Positions 37,586 to 50,330 of a stretch of 64,000 nt of DNA are shown piece after piece (position 1 is the first letter of the stretch; every line of letters begins with the position of its first letter). The notes under the pieces were generated by a model. The model made no database searches and was not told where the DNA came from. It saw only the letters and a program-made list of their open reading frames with translations. The stretch comes from Tubulanus polymorphus (taxonomy: Eukaryota > Animalia > Nemertea), in NCBI RefSeq assembly GCF_964204645.1, contig NC_134030.1:14942110-15006109 (forward strand). The letters are read 5' to 3'. The translations under genes were made by a program, and so were the position numbers.

Positions 37586-38007
37586 ATCTCTAGGGCGAGA
37601 TCGAAACGTCGTGTATTTTATATTTTAGATTGTTTGAATAAATATATTCTCGATTTTGAAATTCTTTAATTTAGGTGGGTTTTTTTATCTACCCCTGTCC
37701 TCTGTTGCAGAGATGAAATTTTATTGAATCTCTAGGTCGAGATCGAAACATCGTGTATTTTAGATTTTGGATTGTTTGAATTAAAGAATTCTCGATTTTG
37801 AAATTATCTAAGTTAGGTGGGTTTTTATCTACACCTCTCCTCTGTTGCAGAGTTGAAGTTTTATTGAATCTCTAGGGCGAGATTGAAACGTCGTGTATTT
37901 TAGATTTTAGATTGTTTGAATATATAAATTCTCGAATTTAAAATTTTTAAATTTAGGTGGGTTTTATCTACATCTCTCCTCTGTTGCAGAGTTGAAATTT
38001 AATTGAA
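37586..38007 (+). repeat. Three tandem ~141-bp units, likely partial Penelope-type terminal repeats
   Basis: Units start at 37586, 37728 and 37868; each has GAAAC(G/A)TCG near its 5' end. Confidence 0.6.
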
Positions 38008-38488
38008 ATTTTTGGAATGATGTAGCAGTGGTTTAAATGGGAGGGATGATAGTGCTATCCAGTAAGTATATGGTTTGGATGCGTGCCTGGCCTATTAGGC
38101 CCGCCATATGTCCTGTACATTTTGGGACTCGAACCCACTTAAAAGTAATCTTCGATATCACTTAAAACCTGGACTGGATTCTATATTTCACCCTAAACGA
38201 AATAACCAAAGGGCGGTTAGACGTATGTTCTTTAGACAGACCCCACCATCACATCGAATATGGCGACGTACATTACGTAGGATATAGTACATGTAGTACA
38301 TCTGTCATCTGTTCATGATGATGTAATGATGGACCCGGAAGCATTTCTTTCGTGTATTTTCTTGCAAAACATTTAAAAATGCTTTCCAAGGACAGAAACC
38401 GAAAGCGGAAGCACAATAAGATGCTTGCTGTTGCTGCAAAATGCAGCAAAATTGGATGATATTTCGGGTAAGCATTAGCATGCCATGT

Positions 38489-38620
38489 ATGGGGTCCTCC
38501 TAATTACCGAGATGACACAAAGTGTTCAAATCGATGAGAAATAAATAACTATATTATATTTCATGTCATCTCGGTTGATATCGGTAAATTGCATCATCTC
38601 GGTAATAAGGAGGACCGCAT
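38489..38620. repeat. Short inverted repeat / MITE
   Basis: ATGGGGTCCTCCTAATTACCGAGATGA pairs with TCATCTCGGTAATAAGGAGGACCGCAT. Confidence 0.5.
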
Positions 38621-39161
38621 GTATGCCATATAAAATAGTATTTTCTACCTACTAGTCTCATTATTACACGATACATTACAGTACCTGTGGTGGTACAGTC
38701 GTTAGTACAGTAGGCCTACAGTTCTATGATTTGTAAGACAGTATAATACAAAAAGGTATTGTAAATGAAAAGGGGCACTTTTGCGGCAAAATTATTTTTC
38801 AAAAGGGCACCTTATGCGGCAATTTTTGTATCGAATAGGGAAGATCTGGATTGAAAAGGGCACCTTTGCGGCAAATTTTTTTTTTCAAAATTGAACATTT
38901 TTCACAAAAAAAGGCTGTATGTTGAATGAAAAAGGGAATAGCTTTAAAAATGACAATTTATTTTCTTTCCACAGAACCGCCACGAATACAAATAATAATA
39001 ATGAAGAAAAAACGAGTGAAAAAGTAACAATGACCAAGACCATGATGAATATATGATCTAAGATGAGTGATAATGCGGATGATGATATAAACAACAATCA
39101 CAAGCGTGTAAATTAGTCAATTTCCTTTAAATATATTTTCAATAACAAATTAGTAACCCTT

Positions 39162-40370
39162 TTGGTAACCCTTATTTCATTTTTTAGAAATTCTGATAAA
39201 GCTACCGGTAGTACTGGTTCCATGAGACAGATGCTTCCAACGGATATTTCTCCGTATGCTGATAAAAAACCCAAGCGAAATGATGTCGAACTAATGCATG
39301 TTTTAGACAACCTATGGACTCCAGAAGACTTTGAATTTCCGAAACAAAAAGGCGGGACAAGAAACAGGAGTTTTCGTTATGAGTGGCTCAAACTGTATCC
39401 CTGGCTGTGTTACTTTGAATCTGTTGATGGAGCCTTCTGTCGTTGCTGTGTACTGTTTGGCAAGCAACCTGTCGTATCAAAACGATAACGTAAAATAATT
39501 CATAAGACGAAAAGTAAATTAGATATGACTCGTGAGTGTAGAATAAGATGAGTGCAGCCTATCTGGGGCTCGATTATGTATTTAGTTCATTAGGTTAAAT
39601 TTATGTGTATCTTCTCGATGTATCAGTAGTTTAATAGTGTTCTGTGTCACCTTTTGGCCGAGGCAGTGTCGGGTTCGCCAAACCGATAGCGTGAGATTGT
39701 TTATGTTTCACCTTTCTCAGGTCAGTAAGACACATGTGTAGTAGTGGCGAGCTCGACCCCCATGTAGTAGGTCGAATGCAAATACATATCAGAGAAATAA
39801 AGTTCAGTTCATCTTTTAGTAACCATCAGTGTTGGACGCGCTCTTTGGTTCTGCCCCCTTCACGACAAAAGAGGACTCCGGTGTACCCTGGCTCCCTAAA
39901 TCTCTAGACGGTTTCGACACAACCTGATAAACCTGGTTCACAGCTCACCCGCCTATATTCAAAACCATTGTCTAATTGGAAAATTGCTATACAAAAATTC
40001 AATAAACACACTACTTCAGCTTTTCATCAGAATGCAGTCATTGATGAGAAGAATTTCATTAAGTTGTGAGAATCAAAAGACAGTTCCTGTTGATGTTCAG
40101 ATGTATAGTGTTTACCAAGAAGTGTGTACGATCTTTCGAAATATTTCAACTGCACTCGGAATCTTGGGTACCATTCCGGTGACGAGTTGTCAATGTGGAG
40201 ATCCATTGTCTGCGATTCGTAGGTAAAATCCTACATGAGAACTACCATGACTCAAAACCGATTTAATGGCCTTGCCCTGATTACGTTACCGACATTGATA
40301 TTGAAGCAGTCATCGATGCGTTTGCCAAACGGAATAAAAGAAGAATGATCCTTGTTGACATTTTTGATGA
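39162..40370 (+). pseudogene. hAT transposase relic (TTF-type zinc finger plus dimerization domain; core deleted)
   Basis: RSFRYEWLKLYPWLCY..DGAFCRCCVLF..NWK..KFNKH; IPVTSC...KSYMRTTMTQNRFNGLAL..VIDAFA. Confidence 0.8.
39470..39919. mobile_element. Solo LTR (450 bp) inside the hAT relic
   Basis: TGTCG...CGACA ends, 5-bp TSD CAACC; the hAT frame resumes after it. Confidence 0.85.
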
Positions 40371-41045
40371 CAACGAAAAATCAGCGGTGTCTCAATAACT
40401 ATTGAATTGACGAATAGTGTTTGAACATATAAAACGAATGTTATAAACATTGTTTCCTTGATACAGAGCCTAAGCTGTGATAATACTATTTTATCATAAA
40501 CTCTTACTCTATTTTAGTAATTCAAGTAGGCTTTAGAGAATCGTCTGATTAAGTGACCATTTAAAGTATTATTCTAAAGTTTCTAATCTGCATAATCTGT
40601 ATCTTGTACGACAACACTTAACTCTTAAAAGCCCAAAGCGCCCTTTTGTGCCAGCACCCAGTATGAAGGTGGACAGGAAATGTGCGCTGACCCTGTTCTG
40701 TCCCGTCCATCATCATACTGGCTGTCCACACTCAAGGGTGCCCACTGTGTAAAATTCATTTTCAAATGTAATGTATTCACAAATATCAATTATGGAACTG
40801 GTTTGAATTTTAATTCAGCCATTACTGAAAAATATCACTTATAAATCGGCAATTTCAGCACGTGCTCACTGTTATTGTTTATGTTAGTAGGCGCGTGTTT
40901 CTGACGTCATCTCTGACAAACGCTCGCCGCTTCCAGTCATTTCAGTAGACATTTCATGCGGTATTTTATCGTTTTAGGAGTGATTTGAATAAATAAACTC
41001 TTGCCATTGTAAGTGTTTCTACCGTTGTATACGCCATGATAATTG

Positions 41046-41390
41046 TGATACGTCGGAGACTAGCTCAGAAATGTTCCAGGTTCCGTAAAATGAAACAATG
41101 TCCAATCATGAATTTGAGATATACGAGTTTATTACAACCGACTGGTCCGGATGAGTTTGGATGTGAGAATGGCGAATGATCGAGGGAGGGGTGCTACTAT
41201 ATATTCTAAAATGATAGGAGTAGAGAATCTCTCACCTTCGGGATCGGAATTCCTTACCCGATACGGTAAACTGACCGACGGTTCAACTCTCTACATGAAA
41301 TGAATGAGGAGGTGAAATGAAGATGGATCATGGAATGAAATGATGTAAATACATACACACAATCTACAATAATACATGGGCTATATATCA
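41046..41390 (-). repeat. Gypsy 3' LTR
   Basis: TG..CA; preceded on the minus strand by PPT GGAAGGTGGGGCAAC (41391-41405). Confidence 0.95.
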
Positions 41391-41999
41391 GTTGCCCCAC
41401 CTTCCAAGGATTCGACCCCGAATCGTTAAAATGAAATCATAATGCATATAGTATAGATGCACATAGCAGATGAACAATTGACTGATAGTAAAGCAAGATT
41501 AACAGCAAAATGTAAATAGTAGATAATATGTAGACAGTCGGCAGTATGTAAATAGTGAATAATAAATCTCATATGTAAACTCGTATGTAAATAGCAAACA
41601 ATAAATCTCAATCCCCTGGATCACTACACAAGAAAAAAATTAATCCTTGCATCCGCATATCCGGTGATCGCAAAACGCAGTCAGTCCATAATTGTACATG
41701 GTATTGACTCGAAACGAATGGTCTAACTGTTCACTTCATTGACGCTGTACGCAGTTCTTTTCGAATCACCCGCGAGATTATGGAAGAGCCAGCATAGTAG
41801 TTATGATAAAACGGATTGTAGGCGTGTCGATAATTAGATAATTACGTGTCCGGTACAGGTGAGTGGATCAGCCAGAATAACACTCACAGTTCGCTGCGGC
41901 TGATGCCACAATAAATTACTTGCATCACTGACACCTCACGCGATAAGCGGATAGATAAACACCTCGTGCGAGATTCCTCCGACCATAACGTAACGCACT

Positions 42000-42109
<110 letters not shown>

Positions 42110-43356
42110 TACTACTAATTTGTTCTGCGTCGGTTTATCTGACGTAAGTACACCAAGTGGTTAGGTGTTCGCTAATCGTCTTCTGCAGCAAGGCAATGCT
42201 TCGTCTTAAAAATACCGGCAAACCGTTCAATGATTGAAAGTAAACATGGCCTTCAGCGAGCATAACGTGTACTGGCCATTCGCTTTCCGATGTAATTTAC
42301 CGCCATATAAGTCGGAATTTTATCGATATCGTATCTTAGTCGGATTCCGAACGAGCGTCGAAATGAAATCGTTAGACCGACGAAATACGCAAAAGTCCAG
42401 CATCTGTTCACCGCAAATTTTGTTCACCGCTCACGAGTTGTGGATTCTACGCATTCTGCTGTTTTCGAAGTTTTCTCGCTAGTGATCCAGAGAATCAATT
42501 ATATTCTACGCACAAATAAATCTGAATATAGCAAAACATGTTTTTTTTTTTTTACATTTAATTTATCTAATCACTAAATTTTCGTCACTAATTTATCGCC
42601 TTTACCCAAACGTACCGGAGTTGATGGCACAAAAACGCGTCAGTTGATTATCGAGATACATTTCGTTACAGCAGACTCTCCCAGAGTGACCTAATCAATT
42701 ATGTCTCACAGATTTATTATCATTTAGATACTTTTACCATAAACGTACTACGTCTTAGCCGTATAGTATACATATTCATTTTCTTAAGCTTCTTTAATAC
42801 TCTTAATACATATATGTATTCTCTTTCTTTAAATTTTACTACTCTCGATATCTGTGAAATTCAGTAATACTTTAACTATACGACACAAATATCATTGTTT
42901 AACACGATATTTTCACAAATTAATTCTTTTCGTACATTTTCATAGTATTAAGTTAGATTAAGTCACTATCCTCATTTTTATGTATTCTGTGAAGTGCTCG
43001 ACCAATTTATATAACTAATATTCGAGATCGAAGTTAGTAGGGCTACCCTAACAAATCCATGCTGATGAAACTCGTGAAACTGTGGGGAATCGAACCCCCT
43101 ACTGTAAGACATGCTTGTCCCAGCAGTCGCCGCTTCCAGGATCACGGTCAAGCATAGCTCGGCAGGCGTGAACTCTGTTTAAAATCCAATCCGATAGTTA
43201 CGTAGTAGTAAAGTAAAGTAAAAAGGTAAACAACTAGCATATCGATCAGTATCATTCGAGGAACAATCTTCCGAGTAAGGAAAGTAATGTTGTTACTTAG
43301 GGCTGCAACAGCATGTGCTAGATACCTGTTAACATATGTTACATTAATAATCTAAA

Positions 43357-43940
43357 CTAAACATGCGTCATTACAGGTAATGCAATCATTCTGCCGTCAG
43401 GGAACGCTAAGTAAATAAAAACAGAGAAATCGCTGGTTAAAATCTGGCTAACCCGACGGGCTGCTAACCACGGTAGTTTAAAAGTAGTGTTCAACTTAAT
43501 CGGTTTGGTGTTCCCATCAGATTTTGCGATGAGATGCGATTCTCGCCAATTTATGATTAGGCTAGGTATCCATCCCCGTTTTACATTCACGGCAAGGCCA
43601 GTCGGGTGCTGATTCATGCAATATGAATGTGGGCAATTGGGCAGCGTCAGCAGATCGATGTTCATGCAATCGTCTAGTGCTGATAAACATAATACTAATT
43701 TACAACCAAATTGCCTCTGGTAAAATCTTTTTAACAGAAGATGCGCAACCACAACTAACACATGTGAGATACAAATTAAGATAAATAGACTAATAAAAAT
43801 CCGTTTTTCGTCCTGAACGGTTGACAATATATTTTCTAGGAGTGACGCACTATGAACTGAGTCGTCATCGCTAGTAGGTGGTCCAAAATGTAGCGGGTGC
43901 TTATTTGAGACTAGTTTAAATGCGTTGGTCGCAGGTAGTT
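43357..43940 (-). pseudogene. Probable frameshifted C-terminal extension of env (second TM plus globular domain)
   Basis: The frame of ORF 43357-43827 stays open upstream and overlaps the env stop codon. Confidence 0.6.
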
Positions 43941-45899
43941 GACCCGATGACCCGCAGCTATTGTTGAAAGAGTTCGCCGCATAAACATAATTAAATAAGT
44001 TGAAAATGCGAGTGAAATTAAGCTTAGAAATAGAGATATTGACGCCAATAATCGATCCTGACTTATTCCAGGAATAAATGAATCAGTATTTGTCCATTTC
44101 GCAGATAGAAGCGCGTCCGCCTTAGTAGCGAATAGTTTTACATTTTTGTGACCATTTTCTGTCAGTTTCTTGAAATTAGCGATGAATTGTCCCTCATTGT
44201 GAGCTACCTGGTTCCATTTATCTCGAACTAATTTAATCTCCGGTAGAGTCACTTGGTGAATTTGAGACGAGTGACTTTCCGTATCCAAAATTTGTTGCCT
44301 CTTATTAAAATCAAGATGCTTGAAAAACGCCAAAATAACTGGTAGATTGATTGGGTGTGAATATATCGGTGACATATCATTTTTGTGACAATTTGTGATT
44401 TTTGCGGGGATTTTGAACTTTGATGATGTTATTCCGCAACCGCACGGCAGTTTTATCAGGCACATTGTGCATGCGGTTATAGCTTTTACAGGCTTACCAG
44501 GGCAGGTCATGGACCACGACGAGTCCCTGCCGCTTGCTAAGTATGTTCCAGATCCTAAGTCTAGGGCGCCCTCATAGAGCCCGGATTCTTGATACCTAAT
44601 ATCACAAAGACGCATGATGTTGTTGTGATCATTGAAAAAAAGTGCGCTGGCGCAACTAGATACCGAACGCGACCTCATGGACCTAGCTGTCGGACAGGTT
44701 TTCACCCCTTTACCTTCACACGTGGCATAATCGCCCGTGTCGAGTTCATTAATCATTTCGCTAATCATTTCGAGTTCAGTATAAAAGTCGCCCGAATTAG
44801 TTACACCTATGTATGCCGGTAGGTCCTTTATTAAAGTGCAGTTATCTGATGAGGCATTGACTGGTACCGGAATAGCCGATATCGAATATATATCAAATTT
44901 GGTGCTAATTTTGGAAAGTGGAAATTTGACTGCAATATGAATAGCTCTGTCTGTCCTGGTGTACAGAATGTCCCGAACCTGATAATAGTGACCAGGGTCC
45001 GAATACGATATAGAAAAACCTGGGTAATCTTGGGATAGCATATCACGGATCGACCCAATTGTATGGGCTATAATTTTGCTAGGCACAAAGCTCATCGGCA
45101 AATAGCCGTCAACCAGGGTTTGGACACCTGATAGCCAATTGCGTGCCTCGAGTTCAATTTGCATGGCTGCCTCCTGATGGGCTGCAAAATACTGAATGAA
45201 ATTGCTGATAACGGAGACTGAGGTGCTAAGGTCTGAAATTCGTGCCGAGTTACGCGAAGATAGCTGTGACAGCTTTACAAGATTGGTCTGCAGATTTGAT
45301 ATTAAGTTATGGTTATTTCCAATGGCTGTCATGACGTTTTTGAAGCGAGCCGAAGTTAGATTCATAAATGACGACATTTCGTTACCTTGTCGAATGAGTT
45401 CATTCTGCGTCAATTTGGCAAAATTTTCGAGCTTCTGCACGTGGCTTCGTATCTCGTTTACTTCGCCTTCGGTGGCCGTTCCAAACAAGCTTTTGGATAT
45501 GCTACCCACAAAATTTAATAGGCCCCGCTTAGAGCGGGGGGACACAGATAATTTTCTGGGCATCAAAAGCTTGATTTCGTTTGACATCGATTGAAATTGT
45601 GACGCTGACCGATTGCGTTGCTGGGTTAGTAAGTGTACACACTCGAGTAGTTGGTGACATACGTCGTCAGCATTTGGCGGACAGACCGGTGGTTTAAAAG
45701 AGGGGATCGGATACTTAATCCAAGGTAGTGAGTACGTGTGGCTCAAATATGAACCCGCGTTATCAATTTGGCTTTGGAAAGAGAAAAGGATGCCGTAATT
45801 TTTCCTCAAAATAACTTTTTCGTTGCCGATTTCACCATCTACTCGATTGAGCAAAATAGAAAGGTTAATAAAAACTGATAAGACTACCGCGTCGATCAT
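43911..45899 (-). CDS. env: Envelope glycoprotein, baculovirus-F/errantivirus-like class I fusogen
   Basis: Signal peptide, furin site RSKR followed by fusion peptide GLLNFVGSISKSLFG, heptad repeats, Cys-rich region, TM helix. Confidence 0.88.
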   Translation of the reverse strand: MIDAVVLSVFINLSILLNRVDGEIGNEKVILRKNYGILFSFQSQIDNAGSYLSHTYSLPWIKYPIPSFKPPVCPPNADDVCHQLLECVHLLTQQRNRSASQFQSMSNEIKLLMPRKLSVSPRSKRGLLNFVGSISKSLFGTATEGEVNEIRSHVQKLENFAKLTQNELIRQGNEMSSFMNLTSARFKNVMTAIGNNHNLISNLQTNLVKLSQLSSRNSARISDLSTSVSVISNFIQYFAAHQEAAMQIELEARNWLSGVQTLVDGYLPMSFVPSKIIAHTIGSIRDMLSQDYPGFSISYSDPGHYYQVRDILYTRTDRAIHIAVKFPLSKISTKFDIYSISAIPVPVNASSDNCTLIKDLPAYIGVTNSGDFYTELEMISEMINELDTGDYATCEGKGVKTCPTARSMRSRSVSSCASALFFNDHNNIMRLCDIRYQESGLYEGALDLGSGTYLASGRDSSWSMTCPGKPVKAITACTMCLIKLPCGCGITSSKFKIPAKITNCHKNDMSPIYSHPINLPVILAFFKHLDFNKRQQILDTESHSSQIHQVTLPEIKLVRDKWNQVAHNEGQFIANFKKLTENGHKNVKLFATKADALLSAKWTNTDSFIPGISQDRLLASISLFLSLISLAFSTYLIMFMRRTLSTIAAGHRVNYLRPTHLN

Positions 45900-46195
45900 C
45901 GTGTATAACTGCGTAAATATTCTGTGCCTGAAATAGATTTTGAACAGTTATAGTTAATTCATGGATCGAGTAAAAAAACACATTCTCCTTCATGTAGCGC
46001 GTTCAATAAAGTTTTATCTCTCTGTAATCAATAGATAGCATGCATGAGTACGAATTAGCGATTCATATCGTCAAGTGATAATAAATAAAATAATAGATAA
46101 TAAAATAATGTATACATATACGAGTAATAAAGGGGTATGGGGTACAAAGTCGGATATTGCGTGTACTTAGTGTCCGATGGGTTATTTATAGCCGG

Positions 46196-49100
46196 TTAGC
46201 GTTTTCTTTTCTTAACTTTTGACAGTCTAAGTGTTTCTATCAGCCGTTTGTCGAGTATGTTGCTGGCTGGCTCCCAGGACGGTGGATAGTCGCCGACCCA
46301 CTTGACTAAATACTGCCGTTTATTTTTTCGCTTCCGCGATTTTAACAAACACTCTACGGAATAAGTTTCGTCATTTTCACTGTGATCAGTCTGGGCGTTG
46401 TCGGGGAAGGTCTGGTATACCTCACCGATCTGATTTGTTTGCTCACCGTCGTCGTCTGACCGATCTAGGGGTCTGTCTTTTGGGTGGATATAGATTTTGA
46501 GTCTGTTTGCATGGACTGGGGCTCGCAATACCCTTCCTGCCTGAGTTTTTAGTATATAGTTGACAGGTGATACCTTCTTGGTGACAATGTACGGGCCATG
46601 ATACGGGTGTAGGAGTTTCTTAGTGAGGCCCTTGATGTTTCTAGAATTATGGAGCCAAACTAAGTCACCCTCCGCGTACGGCGGTTCGGTGGCCTTAAAT
46701 CGATTATCGTATTGTTGTTTTGTCTTTTGTTGGGTTTTCTCTAGATTTAGTTTGGCCCATTTACGTGCCTCCGTTAGTTTGATAATTACGTCGTTGATGT
46801 ATTCATTCGACGACTGAAATTCGTGTTCGGGTGGCAATAGCATTACGTCAATTGGCGTGCGAGCTTCTTGTCCATGCATCAGATAGAACGGCGTATAACC
46901 CGTGCTTTTGACAACTGAGGTTCGGTATGCGTGGAGCATAGCAGGAATAAACTCATCCCAGTCAGTTTGTTCAGAGTTACAAAACATACTTAAGCCTTGG
47001 ACCAGAGTCCCGTTGTACTTCTCCGTGAGGCCATCAGTACACGGATGATAGGATGACGTACGCGCCTGATTGGTTCTACAAAGCTCACACAGTTCTCTGA
47101 CTAGGGAAGATAGAAAATTTTGATCTCGGTCACTAAGGATTGTGCCGGCTGCACCATGAGGACAGAAAATTTCGTCAAAAAGTATGCGGCCGATGACTGG
47201 CGCAGTTATTGATTTCGTGGGAAACGCTTCTGTCTATCTAGTTAAATAGTCAGTAATAACGACGATATATTGATTCCCTCTCTTGGAGCGATGTATTGGG
47301 CCCACGCAGTCGATAGAAATTCTGTCAAAAGGGGCTGCAACAGCTCAATAGGTATTGGTATCTGCGGTGCTATCTTTTTGTGTTTTGGTGTTTTTCGGGT
47401 AGAACATGGGACACACGATTTGGTCCAGTGCAATGTGTCCTCATACATTCCAGGCCAATAGTATTTTGCTCTAATTTTCTCATATTTTTTTTCAAAACCA
47501 AAGTGGCCCCCCGTCACGTCATCGTGATATGCGGCGAGGATGGAAACCCTTAGCGACGTTGGTAAATATATTTGCATACCGGAGGGATTGTTTCGCCGTT
47601 TACGGTTTAACAACCCGTTCCGGTCTACGCAGTAAAATTCCGAACTTGGGATCACTTCTCTAGCTAGGCTGTCATCGGCAGGAAGCTCGCGAGATACTAG
47701 ATAGTTAGTGCGATAGAAGGTCGCAGGACCTAGGATCGTCTCGTTTAGCCTGAAATATTATAGGGATTTGGTCGTTCAATATGCGGGTTGTCCCAGTATC
47801 AAGTACTGGTTCGGATTGTGAATCGGGATTGTCCAGTGCATTTACATATTGTCGTCTAGACAGGGCATCGGCATTGCAGTGTACGCGGCCGGCTCTGTGG
47901 ACTATCTCCATGTCGTATTCTTGAAGAGCTCAACGACAAAAGCGACCCTGGGGTTCCTTCAGTGTCATGAGCCACCTTAGGGCATTGTGGTCGGTTACGA
48001 CTCTGAATCGGCGCCCATGGAGGCATGGTTTAAATTTCTTAATCCCCTCCATAATTGCGGCCATTTCGCGTTGCGTCGTATCCCAGTTCTTTTCGCGGGG
48101 TAGAAAATTTCGTCCACCGTAGGCAATCACGCGTTCGTTGCCGTCAATACGTTGACACAGAACAAGACCAATCGCGGTCGCGCTTCCATCAGTGTGCAGC
48201 TCGAAAGGTTGGTTAAAGTCCGGAAAGGCTAGGACTGGAGGACTCGTTAGCCTGACGTTGTTGTGGGGACTGGGTACTCGTTTATTGCTCGACATTTCTC
48301 TGGGTCAGGCTTGATGCCTTCACCACTGATAATATGGCCCAAATACAAAACGCTGTCGAGAGCAAAATGACATTTATCGGGTTTTAACGTGAGGCCCGCA
48401 TCTCGAAATCTCATAAAAATCTGTTCAAGGTGAATTAAATGTTCCTCAAAAGTTCGTGAAAAGACGACGACATCGTCTAGATATATTAAACAGATTTTCC
48501 AGCTTAGGCCTCGGAGCACATTCTCCATCAATCTCTCAAAGGTGCCTGGACTATTGCACAAGCCAAATGGAAGACGATTGAATTCGAATAGGCCCCTGCT
48601 ACAAGCAAAGGCGGTAATCGGCTTGGATTCCTCGTCAACTTCCACTTGCCAATATCCTGATCGTAAATCAAGAGACGAGAAATATTTTGGTTGTGTCGCA
48701 CCGAGGCTACCGAGAATATCGTAGCACCTTGGCATTGGGAATGAATCTTTGCGTGTGATGGAATTTACTTTACGGTAGTCAACGCAGAATCGCGTTTGGC
48801 CGTTTTTCTTTTTTACCAAGACGACCGGGCTACTCCAGGGGGAGTTTGATTCGCGTATGATATCTGCCTTGACCATTTTGTCAACCTCATCTTCCTCTAT
48901 TTTTCTCATTTCTGGGGTTCTACGGTAGGCTCTTTGTCGAATCGGTGGGTGACCATGAACGTCAATATGGTGTTTGATTAATGAAGTGTTGCCTAACTCA
49001 CTGTCGTCATTCGCGAAAACGTCGCGATATTCGCTAAGTAGGTTCGTCAGTGTCTGTTTCTCGCCCTTCGTCAGCTTGGCGTCGCTCAAGTCCACGTTAG

Positions 49101-50330
49101 GTGGGTTTAGGTTTGGCTTATCGTTTCTAGTACTTATGTGGCACATATTGCATCTTTCCTGGCTGACTGGCGGGGTGTCAGTTTCTTCCAGGGTTGAGTG
49201 AACTTGGAACAACTCAGTCGACAGGTGCCCCAGCGTTGTACCCTGGAACAGCTGTATAGGATTGACCGTAAGGTTACAGATTCGAAAAGGGACAGTTTCG
49301 TTCTTTACTAAGGCAATTATTTTAGCCCCGATTAAGCTCGACTTTTTTAATTGTGTACTTGGGTCTATGTAGCACTCCGTGTCATCTCAAATTCTGTCGA
49401 CGACCTTAGCAGGGATAACTATTTCAGTGAATGGGGGACGACTGTTGTCTCTTGAATGCAAATTTTAGTGTAAATAACTAGGTCGAACTGTCTCTGTAAT
49501 GATAGTGGTCTACTCCCTGGAAATTGAATAATACCGACCCCCAGATCCAATATAGCGTTGTGGGATGTAAGAAAATCCATACCTAAGATGACATCATAGG
49601 CCAACCCTGAAGCTACGTGCGCGTCAATCGGGAAGCCTATGTTACCAATATCCAGACTGAAACTTATTTTCCCTAACATTTTAATCGGCGAGCCATTGGC
49701 TGAATGGACATTGCGACTTGTGGGCAGGTCCAATTGTTTATTCTTAAAATAATCTAAAAATCCAAAAACATTTTCACTTATGACAGTTATCACTTATTTT
49801 CAGTTATCTCGCTTCCGCTATCTACGAGGACAGTGACGGTGTTAGTGCCAATTTTCCCGTGCACTGAGTTAGCTACTGAGGCCAGAATTGTCTTTGGCCT
49901 ATCGGCATCAACCGTTGGATTACGGGCGACATCTGAGTCGACTGGCCCCAAGACCATATCAGGGTCTCTCGATGCATTCCGTACATTAGCTACAGAATTT
50001 TGAAGTAGAGTCCGGTAAAATAATAGACTAGAATCGAGTTTAGACATTTGCGAGGACACGTAAGATAAAGCATATTTCGATTTCGAGTATAAGTATGTAG
50101 TGAGTATATATGAATAAGATATAAATAATGATGCAGTACATATGACAAATATGTGTGTCCATCTGAACACTGTAGCACAAGATAATTTCACAAGGTTAAT
50201 CATACAATATAACAAACCAATAAGTAAAATTGACCATTCCCGAATAAATCTCTCTCGGGCTCTTAAGGTATCTGGCGTAGGATTTAGATTGGACAGCCCG
50301 AATGAACCCACATTTAGACGGGCTTCACTT
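46196..50330 (-). pseudogene. pol: Gypsy Pol (PR-RT-RH-IN-chromodomain), several frameshifts
   Basis: LVDSGS, ILGMDFL, LDLRSGYWQ, YLDDV, TDGS, TDHNAL, H..GH..CVPC, GPY, YLVKWVG..SWEP. Confidence 0.95.

Noticed and set aside
38026-40826. Exact hAT termini (CAG...CTG candidates)
   Set aside because: No matching TIR pair or 8-bp TSD found
43061-43080. Hammerhead from CTGATGA..GAAAC
   Set aside because: No stem II or cleavage triplet, and it lies on the antisense strand of the element
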